Part shown: positions 37,201 through 56,335 of the stretch, one piece after another
Numbering within the stretch: position 1 is the stretch's first letter
How the letters are laid out: each line of letters starts with the position of its first letter
Assembly: GCA_965637545.1 (NCBI GenBank)
Contig: OZ281500.1
Location: 24,738,001 to 24,802,000, forward strand
Length of the DNA stretch: 64,000 nt
Direction of reading: 5' to 3'
Source of the DNA: Phallusia mammillata
Lineage: Eukaryota
The notes under the pieces: generated by a model
Databases searched by the model: none
Told to the model about the DNA's origin: nothing
What the model saw: the letters and a program-made list of their open reading frames with translations, nothing else
Position numbers and translations under genes: made by a program

Positions 37201-40200
37201 GGTTTCATCCACAACTTTATACTCAAATAAAACCCACCCAAAACAACAAGTTTTAACCAATGGGGAAAACCTGTATGAAAAACAATCTAAAAAACAGAAA
37301 AATCATAAAAGGAAAAGTGAAACAAGTGCTACACCTCCAATAAAGTCATCAAAAGGTGAGTTTCAAGAGTTGGTCATTTGTTGGGTGGTGAAGTCGTAAT
37401 ACAATATTTGTTCAGCTACAAAACGTAAATCTGACTCTGCCATGATGGAATCACCATCAAATAAAGTTAAGAAGTCTGCACCAGCGTCTGTTGACAAAGT
37501 AAAGAAACAAACTAAGAAAGGTACGCTTGCTTGCACTTTTTGCTGGGCAAAACATGCTTGCACTTTTTGCTGGGCAAAAATAAGCTAATTAGTTCAGCAT
37601 TACTTTATTGTTAGCAGTGGTCTGTTAGTTCAATTTTTAATTTATCTAAAATATATATTTTTTTGTTTTTATAATTCTGTTTTTTTAAATTAAAAAAAAA
37701 ATTGGTTCCTTGAAAAACACTGTTTTTTGTGAGCAGAATCAAGTGGAAACTTTTCATTTGAGGATTTCATGGCGATGGACACAACTAAAAAGATTAAAAA
37801 GAAAAAGAAAACTCAACAAAAATCTGCAAATACTTCACAGTTGCAGGTTTGAATCTTTTTACATTACAAGCAAATAGAAAACTGACAGAAAACTTGCTTT
37901 TGCTTTTACAGAACAGCTTATCACCGAGCAAACAAAAAGTGGAACTACATCTGCCGAAAGTGCAGGTATGAATAACAAGTTGTAGTTTGTGATAAGTAGT
38001 TGGTCAGGGTGGTGGTTCTCAAACTGGGTTATGTCACACACATCTGGGTATTTTGTAAAATAGGGTGGGCAACTCAAGCCTGGTACATCAGATTACGTTT
38101 GTGGGTAAAAACAATGTTTTACACATAACATATTGTGTAGATGCAGTGGTGTGGTGACTTAATGGGTTGGGAGACCCCATTTTGAACTAATCAATATGAA
38201 TTTGTGTAAGAAATGTGTATTTAAAATATTCGTTTTGTTTAGTCAGTGTACCGGCCACTGCCCCAAATTGACCCCACCGACCCTTACTCGACCCCCTCCT
38301 CTTCTTCAAACCACCAACACTCGATGCGGATGACTGATGAAGTGGCAGCGGAACTTCACAGCCAGCGGAGTTCGGGAAGGATGCAGATTTACTCCGGGCA
38401 GAAAACTTCATATTTACCAAGTAATTTTAGAATTTTAAATCATAAGTGATATTGTGCCATTATCTATAGTCTGTAAAAAGGCTTCACAAGGCTGATCCTG
38501 TTGGTGAATAACTATTTAATGTACAGCTAATGTATGTTTAGAAACAAAGTTATCAATATTTGTGTATTTGTTTCCGTGATCTTGTTGTATATTGTTTCAC
38601 GCTGCTATGAGCAGTTTTTTTTTATTATTCAGACTGAAAAGTACAAAAATACTTGTGTGTTATTAAAGAGCTAAATTCCAACAAAATAGTTTTGTTTCAC
38701 CCAAATTTTGTTCACTATAATTATGATAACATCATCATTACCTCGTTTAGAAATGATGTCACTTTACGACCAATGCATGACTGTGCTGATGAACAACATT
38801 GACAGTGAGTTACATCCACATATACATATATTTATATATAGTCCATGTGTTTCATTGTTACCTTGTATTCCAGAACTTGATGTAATTGGGGTGCCTTATG
38901 ACATCATAAAGCCAGTATTGGAACGTTGCACGGCAGAACAACTTTACCACTTGGAGGATGTGAATGTGGTGAGCAGAAAGTTAAAACTTGTTTTGTTGAA
39001 TTTTCGCGAACGATATTGTAAGTGCTGTTGATTTTTAATGCATGTCTCAAATTTGTCCTTAGTACTTACTTGACGATACTGACGAATTGTGGAAGAAATT
39101 ATCGCAACAGGATTTTCGGGGAAAAGTTCCAGATGAAATGGAATCCTGGAGGGAACTTTACTTGGTAAGTTAACTGGTTGAATTGTGTTCCGAATCAGAG
39201 TTGGAACGGGTTCTGTCGTGCTTTCTTTGATCAAACGGGCTTGATTACGGCCTTCACATTCTGTGTCCGTTATATTTTAGAATATGAATTACCTACCTAA
39301 GTAGCTAGTTGCTGGATATGACCTAATGCTCAACAACCCTAAAACGTGCGTTTGAAACAAAGACAATTATTTTGGCAAATAAGTTCCCAAGTTCCAGCTA
39401 AGCAGGAATCAGCTGTAAAACTTGCTTTATGGAAACCCGCTTTCTGTGTCGTGTTAATCAGGAAAAGTGCCAAGTTTCATTGCCGGGTGTTTCTGTCTAC
39501 AATATTTCAGAAATACTAAAATCCGAAACATCAATTTTACTTGTAAATGTTGCCTAGGACAAAGTGAACAAGCCAAGATTAATTCGGGTTAGCTCCAGTT
39601 TGGTTTGTAAATCGAACATCCCTGTTTGTGGTGTTTGACGGCCTGTGGTAATCTGATGATTAAAACGCAACTTACACATTACATTTGTGATTTATTTATT
39701 ATTGGTTGTAACCACTGTTCCGTAGACACCGTGCACAGCTGATGTTGCAGTGAGTGATCCGTAATATTTTGTTTGCCTAACAACGTGATAACTAAATAAA
39801 ACGTTGTTTATGACCATTCCTGCAAGTAGCCCTCACAATTTAATGATTTGTATCATTATATGCTATCATCTCACGAGAATACCGTGAGTTATACTTCCGG
39901 GTTTCATATGACATATTTTCCCACAGCGTCTTCATGATGCTCGTGAAGAGAAATTGGCTCGTCTCACTCAAACCATCCAAGCGAAAGTTATCAAGTCCAA
40001 GCCACTCGGTATGAACGTGTTGTTATTTCCACACTTTAATCTTCTTGCTGGTCTGACACATTTGACTCAACTTTGTGTATTTTTCTGCAATTTCATCGAC
40101 TTTCTGTGTGAAAATGATGTACAGTTAACCTCGGTTAATCCGGACCAGTTTGCACCAAAAAATTGTCCGGATTAGGCGAAGATCCGGATTAACCGATGTC

Positions 40201-42688
40201 GATTAGTTCAAGCCTTACCAAATTACAAATCATTTGTACCTCAAGTTTTGACCCTATTAGGCGAAGATCCGGATTAACCGAGCTTTGCTGTATTTTTGCA
40301 CTTTTTTAACCATTCTCAGAAAGTTTTTGTCCTTATTCAAGTCGAACTTTTGTTTTACGAAACTCCAAAAGAAGCTGGTATTTATGTAAAACTTCATAGC
40401 GATGTTTTATTTGCAGAGAAACGCACGAAGTTGGCTTACGTGGGAATCGGACAGGCTAAAGCTCCTCGTAATGTACAACGAGCCCAGCTAAAATATGGGA
40501 CGGCTGGAAAACGAACGAATCAAGCCAGCGACTGTAACGGTTCGTTCAAAGTTATGATCGTATGTTGGAGGCTCTAGTTGGCGTTGTAAGCGTTAAACCC
40601 AAGAACAGTCAGATTTCGGGCAAGCGAGTTTAAACTTTTCTGATTTACGAAAACTGAGGTTCGAATTTAATTTGCAAAAAAGCTTTTCTGTTTAATTTTT
40701 TGTTTCAACTTACGTAGAATCCTAGTTTGCAGTAAAAAAACAAACATCCTGTGTTGGATATGAAAGAAAGTTTTTCATCGAAAAAATTGCAAATAGTTTC
40801 CTAAGTTTTACCACAAACCCTGTTTGGGAATCAAACGAAGTATTTTATCTTGTGGACAACATCATACGGGTTTTCCTCGTTTTTCTGCCGCAACAAAGTC
40901 ACCTTTGGGTTCTGTTCCTTTAAAACTTTGTACGAGAAACTCGTAATGACGCAATGCCACGTCACAGGTACGTCATCTCTGAAACAGCAGACGACCGAAT
41001 TACGTATGTCGGTTCCGGTTGGATCGATAACAGCAGCAAGTGTTGATGCGCAGACAACATCGAAATCATGGAGTAAAAAGCAACGTGAGTACGTGTGAGA
41101 ATAACAGGGCTCAACACACACAGAGTAGGGACCCAGTGCCGGTCCGTGTGAAGTTTGTTACTTAGGGGAAAACCTGATTGTGCGAAACGGCTCTCACTAA
41201 GTTTCTCTCACTATATCAAGGTCATGATTTCTACACCAAATGTTGATTATTGCTTGGAAGTAAGATCCACAAAATAGTGCCTGGTTTGAACCAGTGGCCC
41301 GAAAAAGTTTGCCCACGGCCGTGTATTATATAACAAAGCTAGTGGATTATAATTTCCTTCAAAAATGTCGAGAAGTGAAACAAACAAACAAACACAATGG
41401 TAAAACCTTAAGAATTATACAGTGTAGCTATTAGGGATGGTCCGAAACTGCAAATGTTCTGTTTGGTCGAGCACCGAACATCTCACGTTAATGCTCGGTC
41501 CTCAGCCGAACACGCTCGGGTGTATTGTGACGTCACAAACATCCCCTATTCCACGCAAGTTTTGGCATTACAAGGTGGCTTACGTCACCAGTGGTGTATT
41601 AAAGCTGTACAGGCCCTAGAAGTACGCGTTATTTTACAATCATAACGCATTTAAATAAACTGTCATTTTTGTTCTTGTGTACCCTTTCAAAAAATATTCT
41701 TATGTTAGTATGAATATGCAAATTTAACGCTCGGGTCAATTTGTGCAACTGCTCGGCCGAGCACCGAGCATCAAAACGAGCGATGCTCGGTACCGAGTAC
41801 TCGGGTTCTGGCTCGGCTCGACCCATCCCTAGTAGCTATAGACCAGTGGTTCCCAAACTTTATCTACTCGCGTACCATTTTTTTGGTTCATGCAGCGTTC
41901 TCGTACCACCTACAATCATGTTAGAATTTAATGAATAAAAATGTTACTAAACTTTACTAACTAACTTTACCTTAGTAACTTTGGCCTTCAGTAACCAAAG
42001 GCTCGTAAATATTAAACAAAACTTAGTCAAACTTTTACCGCCCTCGCTACAGTGCTACTGTCAACACAACTAGTAGCTTATTACAAAAACTGACTTTAAG
42101 GACTTATTACGTCGTAATAACAGATTCATTACGTCATAATAAATCTATTTCGTCACAAAGAAACCTTGCTTAACAGTTCAATGCGGCAATACACCAATGA
42201 ATTAGAATTTAGTAGGAAATATAGTGTGAAATTTCACGCTCTACGTAATTTGTGTGAATTAAAACTTGTGTGAAATAAAGATCGCTTTGTGTGAACTTAA
42301 TAAGTTGCTCGCGTACCACCTTGGAGACCTTCGCGTACCACTAGTGGTACGCGTACCATAGTTTGGGAACCCCTGCTATAGACTATACAGATGTGTTTGA
42401 ATCGGCGTTGGCACGTCGTGTAGTTATGCCCAGACTGTTTAAGGTATAGTGGACATAAAAAGCATAAAAATCCGTTTGTGCATTATACTAATTAAGACAA
42501 TTAGCAAAAAACAAAACAAATCTGTTTGGATCAAGCGCCATTTGCTACCCAAGTGTTTGTCAAAAGAATCTTCCAACTTTAGGTAGAAAGTTTAAAAAAT
42601 GTTATTTTGTGCTTCTCCAGCTCCCCGAGTTGCTCCTATGATGGCCAAAACGATGAAGACGATTCATAGACTACGGATGAGGAGATAG
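34251..42688 (+). CDS. ELOA: Elongin A
   Basis: TFIIS-N domain ([38 protein letters not shown]), RMQIYSG, BC-box [52 protein letters not shown] and C-terminal [12 protein letters not shown] (stop 42686-42688). Confidence 0.93.
35072..35121 (-). ncRNA. Type I hammerhead-ribozyme-like motif H4 (three helices)
   Basis: Minus strand: GCTGCG-CTGATGA-GAC-tttatag-GTT-GAAA-CAG-catgca-CTG-TC-TACAGC. Stems I, II and III can all form, with a GUC cleavage triplet. Lies in an ELOA intron, antisense to the gene. Confidence 0.75.
35575..36652. repeat. Six-copy ~157-bp satellite array, probably inside a non-autonomous Helitron-like element
   Basis: Units start at 35578, 35737, 35895, 36045, 36203 and 36359. 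A unique tail follows, with palindrome gggttgttaacagccc (36592-36607), ending ACACATCTAG|T (36652). Confidence 0.85.
40122..40290. mobile_element. Tc1/pogo-type MITE
   Basis: TA|CAGTTAACCTCGGTTAATCCGG ... CCGGATTAACCGAGCTTTGCTG|TA. Sister copy at 61579-61763. Confidence 0.85.
41432..41831. mobile_element. hAT-type MITE with TAGGGATGG TIRs
   Basis: TIRs TAGGGATGG/CCATCCCTA and perfect TSD GTAGCTAT (41424-41431, 41832-41839). A truncated relative lies at ~53570-53830. Confidence 0.9.
41844..42375. mobile_element. hAT-type MITE
   Basis: TIRs CAGTGGTTCCCAAACT/AGTTTGGGAACCCCTG and perfect TSD CTATAGAC. Shares subterminal cttcgcgtaccactagtggtacgcgtacca with 27849-28790. Confidence 0.9.
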
Positions 42689-43245
42689 CGACATCTACCG
42701 GTGGCATTTTAGTGGGGGAGCAGCGGAGATGACCATTGAAAGTTTTGTTTCTTCTGGGCTTTTATTTTTTGTTTACGAAGTGTCTTATATTTGTTTGAAA
42801 TTGAACTTTTCGGTGTGAGAAAGAACTGGAATGTGAAGATATGCAAGAATGTTTTTTGTGAATTCGGTCAAATACAGCAATTAATCTTCCTAACAGCAAG
42901 CTGTTGAATTTTATTGACTAAAAGTTTCTTTTACCATATCTTAAAACATTTTTTTCTAACACATCTCATCGCCACTGTTACGCGTTTCGTATCATTAGAC
43001 CCAACTCACTGAAGTCAAAATATAATTTGTTTCTTTACAAACCAATAGCCAAGCGCCATAAAACATATGCCCGACGCCCATAAGCGGACAACTGGGTGTT
43101 TTTACCTTCGTATATATTAAAAAATAACTTTATTTATTGCTGCTTTTACTATTTCTCGTCTGATATTCTGTAATTTATTGAATAAAACGGTGATACAAGA
43201 ATATTTGTCTCAAGATGTTTGGGGAATTCCCCTTTACACCTGTCT

Positions 43246-43270
43246 TGCGCATGCGCAGTAACGTCCAGGT
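43246..43270 (+). promoter_or_regulatory. NRF1-like palindrome TGCGCATGCGCA next to a splice donor
   Basis: Perfect motif at 43246-43257 and cag|gtaaaa at 43268, just downstream of the ELOA AATAAA (~43181). Confidence 0.4.
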
Positions 43271-46200
43271 AAAATGTTTCTTGAGACGAAGCAGGGAAAG
43301 AAAATGTTCGTTGTTTGGAAATAGGAAGAAGAAATAAACATTGAATTTTATTATTGGATTTAAAACATGTAAAACATAATAAGGATTTTTTTTTGATTGG
43401 ATTTATTTTGTTGACGTCTTTTTTGATTGTTTAGTCAAGTTTGGTTCATGACAGTTTAGCAAATTAGACAAAAAGTTTTTTAGTTTTTTTTTTAAATGAA
43501 AACCATTTTTTTCCTAATATGCCACAAGATCAAAACAAAATTATTTTCTGATCTTGAACTTTTCACTTTAAACTGACAAAATTAGTTGTTTAAATGAAAG
43601 AAATTAAATTTTCTTGTGTGATTTGTATATAGATGTGTGAGTTTAAACAATTGAAATTTAAGGTCTTGCATTGAAATGAAACTTTATACCTAACTGTGTT
43701 AAAAACATTCGTCAAACATTTTTTTTAAAATTATATGTTAGTTTTGATGCTTGTTATAAACATATGTAAAAGTCATGCAACACTATACACAGACAATGTT
43801 GGGTAAATATTGCTAAATTTCAAACTTAACATCAATTTTCTTTAGGTGTGTGGAAATTGCTTCCTGTTAAGCTGATGGTTACAATTACAATTCATTCACC
43901 CATTACATTAGACTGCATTAGATTGCAGGAAACTGTTATGTTTTGCATTTTAGATGCTAAAATAACAATAATTACAAGGTCTTATACTTTCACAGCGGAA
44001 GCTTGTTTTATAGTTAAGGCTTGTAATTATGCCTTATATGTTGGCTTAAAGTCTTTACATTTGTTGTAAACTCTGCTTTTTAAGTATATTCTAAAAAATG
44101 TTGCTTCACATCTGAATATGTTGCTGTTAAACTTTAAAATACACGTTAACCAGAGTTATCAAGAGTATTTGTTTATCTTGTTCAAAATTATTACTGATTT
44201 TATATTTTGGTTGAATGAGTATATTGCAGAGATTTACAAACTACTAAGCAACAGCTTGTTTTTCCGTTCATTGCCCTTCATTTCTAATTCATACATAACC
44301 CCTCCCTGTCTGAAACCACATCAATAATTCAGTGCTTTGCATCCCACTCTACTGATGCTGCACTGGAACTGTATGTCTGATGCTTGCAACAAACTGTCAT
44401 GTAGATAGCTAATGACATGTAGCTCAAACTGAGTATGAAATTGAAACTGATGATGTTTCTTTCCTATTTCTGATCTGTAAATTAAAAGTTAATCAACAGA
44501 CAGTTTTAGGAGATTTTTTGTGTTTAAAGTTTAGATTTCTGTATGAAAACACCAATAATTTGGCTCATAAATGTGCTTTGTATATTTTAAATGTGTTATA
44601 TTTCAGCATAACATCTAGTGTTAGAAGGCATCAAATGGTATTTGTTTGTTATCTCTGTTACTGAAAGGGAAAAAGAATATACCACAGTTATTATATTCTT
44701 TTATAGGGCAGTTTTCTGTTCTGTTTTTTTTGTTTTGTCAGAAATGCCACATGTAAAGCGTCTCCACTCTATGACGCAATATGGGTATTATGACGTAATA
44801 AGACTTTGTCGAATTTTAGCGTGTTATGAATGGAAGTTATTATTTTCGTTCCAAATTTATAACATTCCGTTGTACGTTGTCAGTAATTGCTGGTCGCAAA
44901 CGGTTGCGTGAAAAGGTTGCCTCCCTTTCCGACGATGTCGTGTAACGCTTGATTGCAGATGAATAGCTTGACGTTGTGTTGCGTGCTTCACAAAAAGTTG
45001 AAGTTAAACAGCCCTGTTCTAAAATTTCGTCAGGGGTTTTACGCGAAACCGAATATCCCCAGATGCGTTGACCTGAAAGACCAAGAAGTAAACAGTCTAA
45101 AAAGCTTTGAGCTGTGTTGTTTAAGTTTAAAAATATCTACTTTGCAGTCGAGCATAAATCTTAGCCCGTATTAGCTCCGTTTTTCCTAATTAAACGTTGC
45201 AACAAACGACTCTAGAAAAAAAGTTAACTCTAGGATAAAAAATCCATGTGTTTAGAAAAGTAATCCTATGCTTTTTACCTGTTAATTTAATCCCCTTATA
45301 CCGAGATTTCGTGGACATGTTTCGTTTTTTGTTCGGCGGTTCTTGCGCAAATTAGGTGGAATGTAAAGTGGAACGAATTGTCAACTCGTTCAAAAAAAAA
45401 ATGATTGTCGAACTCATAAATTGCAGCCGCCTTTTAATTAAAGAATCGTTTAAACTGCCAGATAACTAGGAAAAGCACATAAAAAGAACAGCTGTTTGTG
45501 GTTGGTATGAAACGTTTTCGGAATTATTAGGAAATTAGTTCTACGAAGTACCAGTGAATATTGAAGTAGCGATGAGTTTGTAGTCAAGCGGCTTCCCACA
45601 GCAAACAGTACCTCCCTGGCAATACAAACGTCACTGTTGATATTTGCATTGCGACGTTAGTCGGCCCAACGTAAGGAATTTCTTGTGGTGGATTGCTAAG
45701 TAACAGCTTTGTTGGCCGGAAAGTTTTGTCTCTGGTCGGTTTAGCATTCACCGCTGATTTCTAAATATGACCAATATATGGTTGGTTGAAAGCAGTCTCA
45801 TTACGTCTGCTTTAAAACGTTTTACGTCATTAACGCAAGCCGATTTTTGTCAAAAGCTGGTAAATTTTCAAACATACATGTTACGTATTGATGTGTTTTA
45901 ATTCTATTGTGTGTTGTGTCTGATACGTGGCTGCCCGTATCACATAATGTTTTGTGTTTGGTCCCGAATCGATGCGATTGTATACATTATACTTTATACA
46001 ATATCAATTAAACTGAAGTTAGTTTTTAGGAAGTGAAACGTGGCATGGATCTCTTATTTGCGATGCTGAACGTTTTGCATCCCCTGGCAAACGCAGTCAT
46101 TTTACGCCTTTTTTGTTTGACCTGGCTGTCAAATTTGTAAGCCAAATCTTTTAAAGGAAAGTTATTTTGACGCCTATTTGTTAAATATTGAAACACCGGG

Positions 46201-49200
46201 TGTTATTTAACGAGATTTAACCAACGTTGATGAAGACACAGACATAAAATGTTGACCTTAAGTCAAATAACAACCGTTGTTCCATTTAAGCCTGGCCCTG
46301 TGCAGCTCCCTCGGCCCTCAATGGTGATGCAAAATGTCAAATCAATCGATAGATATTGATTAAAATACGGTAGGGACGACCGCTTGATTGGCTGGCTTAA
46401 TTTCCCAACATGAATCCTGCAAATTGCAAACCTTCTGCTGCTGATGTCGTCGTTCATTTGACGCGCGATCAGGGATCTGTAATGTTGGCTGCTAGCGAAT
46501 CTGTGTGTCGGGTATTGGCTGGTTAGTTAAGCAGGTTAGTTTTGAGGCGATGTTCGTTCGCGTAAATATTTCTGAGTAGTTTGACCTTCACCTGTAGAAT
46601 TCGGTCGTTGTACGGACAAAACAAAAAAGCACGAACGCACTACATTTAAATGGGCGAAAATACCACATTATACATTGTTTTAAAGGAAAGTCAAAGCGTC
46701 AAGACTTTATGAATTTATGAATTGTGCTAACCGCGGTGTGTTTATTTTTGTGGAGATGCGTTTTTAGAAGTGTCAATTTTCATTGAAGCGAGTAAAATAA
46801 CATTTTGTACAAAAGTGTTTATTAGATACGAAAACTGAACAGGATTGTTTTCAGTGATAAAATAAGTCAACTGTTCTTTCGTTTTTATGGTTGATTATGA
46901 GAGTTTTGAGTGATATAGTGCGCGAGAGTTTGTACCACTTTGACCCATTATCGGATTTTGCCATTGTTAGTTCGTCAACAAATGGTTTCACGTTTGCAAG
47001 TTTGCTTAGTTTGTTCATTAGCTACCGAATTTTAATGTCAGCACTTTCTGTCGTTTCTTATTAAATTTTCATCGATTTCTTCTCTACGTTGTGACATAAT
47101 AACGCCCACTGCAGACTAGTGAGGGCCGGTACAAAAACCTTCGCTAAAGGAGGTCTTTAAACGGACCACAGATAGTTTGTGCTGTTGCCCAAAGAAAGCT
47201 TGTCACATCATAATGATTTTAATTAATTTTCAGTTTCATTTGTTGCTTTACTTGGACAGTTCTATCGTTTTTTTGCCGGTTCAGTATCTTTTAACCAGCG
47301 TAGAACGGGGTGTTTTGCCCTCCTTAAACCCCCCTTGGGCATGCGTGCTCCCTTCCCTGTCTTTTAACGTTCGTATATTTCCAGTGTACACCACATCGCG
47401 CGAGGCTTAAGTGTGCGTCGTTCAATAATTAATAAACACTTCAACTGTTCCTTCTTTTCTGCGTCCCCGCTTCGTTTTGTTTCGTTGAATTCCCTCGGCT
47501 GACGCAAATGAACGACTTCGTTGGTTTCACAACTTTGCGCTGATAAGAAATAAGACAAAATGGATTAAAGGTTTCATGGTAAAGATCGCCTTTTCTACGC
47601 ACTATTACAAGTTATAAAAACTTTAAAATATTTTTGTTGAAAGTTTATGTTTCAAAACCAGAATATCGGGAAAACGTTGAAAGGTTTAGCTGTGCTTGGT
47701 TTCTTGTTTCAACGTTGTTTCGTCACAACCGAGCATTGTTGGTCACAATCGAGCTGCAGGAAACAGAAGGTTCGAACTTAATCGATAAAAATCTTTTTGA
47801 AGTGCTTCGTCGCTTCAGATAAAACCGCTTTACGAGAGAACAATCGTTAAATTCATTGTTACAAAACAAAGAAGCGCTAAAAATTCGAACAGTAAATTTA
47901 AATTCGTCTTTTTATTTGTTTTTGCCGGGACTTGATCTTTGTAAATCTTTACTGTAAATTTGAGGCACAAAATTGGCGGAAATATGAAGAATAGAAATAA
48001 ACGAAATTGACAGCTACGCAACAGCAAATGTGTATTTTGTCTAGTACACCACCAGTCGAACAATTACTGTGTTAAATATGTAACCTGGTGGACGAAACGG
48101 TGGTTTAGTTTTTTCTATTAACAACTGTGTCGCCAAGGTTTAAGCGATTTAATTAAATTTTCGTGAAAACATTGCAAAACAGGAATGTAGCGCTCAACCG
48201 ATTTTAACAGAAGTTTAATTCGATTTGCAGGCTTTGTTTAAATCGCCGCAATCTGACTAATTCCCCGGTCCTTCGTGATATTTATAGCATGGACTGTTGA
48301 AACAAAAGCAATTACTGTGGTTACCACAACTTTAGTGAAAGCGCAAAACCTCGGTGCTAATCAATACGCCAATTACTCTGATGACGCAATATTCGCGTTT
48401 CTCTATTATGACCTCACAGAGTGGTTTTGTTGGAGATCGTTTATCGATAATCGATGTAGGAGGGCTGTGTGCAGTTGCAGGACTGTCGCGTCTTTGCACT
48501 TTTTACGCGGTTTTTCAACTTTAGTTTGAGTCGTCCCTTGTGCAAAATGGCTCCAGGCTGTTTTTGCAGTCGCGCCGATTTTTTGCTGGAAAGCTTCAAG
48601 TGTTTGTTCGTAACTAATCACGATTCCTGGTTGATGGGAGTTCTCACTGACAGATTTCAGTTTCAGGCTTAAAATTGACGTTTTTTGCTCAGTCTAATTG
48701 TGTTTACTTTGGTGTATTTGCGAATAGTAAATTTTAAACAACATGTTCACAGCTGATTGTACAAAACTGGTTTAGAAATCTTTATTTATTCAGGATTCAG
48801 AATTCAAGTTGAAACTTGTTGACCACATTTGTTTGTCTTTGTTGAACTTTGATTTGCCTTTTAAGATTCGAAAAGATTGCTGTGAAACCTCTTTGTTACC
48901 TCGTCCATTGTTATCTCCCGGATGTTGGCTTTGGGGTTTATTGTGTGAAGGACATGGTCGGTTTCTGCTTTTCATGGCAAGATGTTTTGTGAGTTAACAA
49001 CTGCCAAAACTTGAAATGCATGTTAGAAAGATTGTGCAGAAATTTGTCACTTAAATTATTTAAAATTGCAACCAAAAATGGTAAAATATAATCAATATTC
49101 ACCCTTTTTAAACAGTTTGAGGTGAAAAGGTACAAAAAAACAAGCATTTTGTAAACTTTAGTAATGGCTTTCAAACAATATTTAAAAAGTAACAACAAAA

Positions 49201-49730
49201 AGTAAAATTATGGCTTGTGTTTTTAACAAACTTGTAAACAAACATACACTAAAAAAGTTATTACATCCATTCTGTTGTATAGATGGCGCTAAATTCCCAT
49301 GTCAGGAAATATTGTGGTCGTAAATTGTTTTTAATTGTTTCCTGTATTGGAGTCGAATACCAAAGTGCATTTTGTTTTACCACAGGATGTGTTGGTGGAA
49401 TATACATGTGTAAAAATAATAGTTAGTTGTAGATTTACAAATGTTGCTGGTTCTGTGAAGTGACAGAAAGGTACTGATACCTTGGCAAGCTGAACAAAAG
49501 CAGGGAGACAACGGTTTTAGGCAGCACAATTTAAATCTAATGCATTGGTTGTAAATAAAATAAATTCATACTTATTAATGTATATCAATCCTTATTTAAA
49601 AAATCTTATACTTTTCTAGAGACTGTTGGTAATTTAAAGTTAAATGTTGATGTAAAGGCACAATTTGATTGGTTGAAATTTCTGCACGGTTGTGCAATTT
49701 GTTGCATTCGGGGGTTTCGATCCTTACAAC

Positions 49731-55246
<5,516 letters not shown>

Positions 55247-55689
55247 TGATGTCACCACTGGTGACGTAGTTGCATATATAGAAATCTTAGTGTCTGACGT
55301 CATTTTGTTTTTTATTATTTTACGAGGTCACGGTTCAGTAAGCAGTTTAAGGTTGATTTTTTTTACATTTTAACAAGTTTTTGGGGCTAATTTAACATTC
55401 CTTAACTTCAATGCAGTTTTGCATCAATTTTATGGAGATTATTCCGATCGCGTGCAATTGTTTCGTTACTTCCGAATAGTTTTTAGCTTCTGCTTGCAGA
55501 AATAATCTCGTTGCTTTTGTAAATATGAAAGGTTTGCACATAAACTTGATGCAGTAAAAAGTAAAATTGCAGTTCCATTGTTTTCCGACTAAAAAGAAGC
55601 AAATGACAAAAAAGACGATCAACCCATTGTTCGAGAAAAATCAGTTGGTTCCAAATCTATTGTTCATGTAAATACTATAAGTTTGTTCT

Positions 55690-56335
55690 TATGACGTCAT
55701 AGTCGCCGCACTGACGTCACAATTATGTTATTGTATAGAGATATTTATGGCTGAGTAGTCACGTGGCCAGGATTGGTGCAAAAAATCTTTTGTAAATATG
55801 TTTTCTATGTTTTATTGTTGTGGTTTAGGTGGTTTTTCTCATGTGTACGGGTTCTGACCAGTCAAGTTATTCTTGCTACCTGCTTCTCATTGTAGTTGTG
55901 TGTTTGATCCAAAACTAATCGCACTTTAGTTTTTATCATTGTACAGTAATCTCCACCTGATCAGTTTAAAATTATTTCCACCTAAAAACACAAATATTTA
56001 GCCCACATTTGCACCACGTGATCTTTGGCGCCTCAATCGGTTAAATCTCGTGCAGACACTAAAAGCCCTCTTGGATAAAACTGGCCCGGATAAATCTTAA
56101 CCATAAATGGACACTTTATTTGCAATTAATGTTCACATATTCTTTCCTTTAATGTTGTGGACGTAAATGTTACTTCGGCCCGTTCAAGTAGTTTCGACAA
56201 TTTGTCCCTAGCGTTTCCGTCTCTCCCTTCTTTGTGTTGTTACTTCGCCGAGAGAATGACGTCAAACGTCACCCAATACGTCATAATTACATAAAACGTC
56301 ACTGCTGATGATGTATGTGTGCGTTTGACGTCATT
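55690..56335 (+). promoter_or_regulatory. TGACGTCA/ACGTCA cluster between SYT 3' end and myosin gene, candidate muscle CRM
   Basis: Palindromes at 55692, 55712, 56257 and 56326 plus several half-sites. A candidate non-coding first-exon donor gttcaaa|gtaaga lies at ~56748. Confidence 0.4.

Noticed and set aside
22575-37580. Small local tandem duplications (22575-22630, 23665-23710, 30340-30570, 37530-37580)
   Set aside because: Ordinary intronic slippage or duplication with no further structure.
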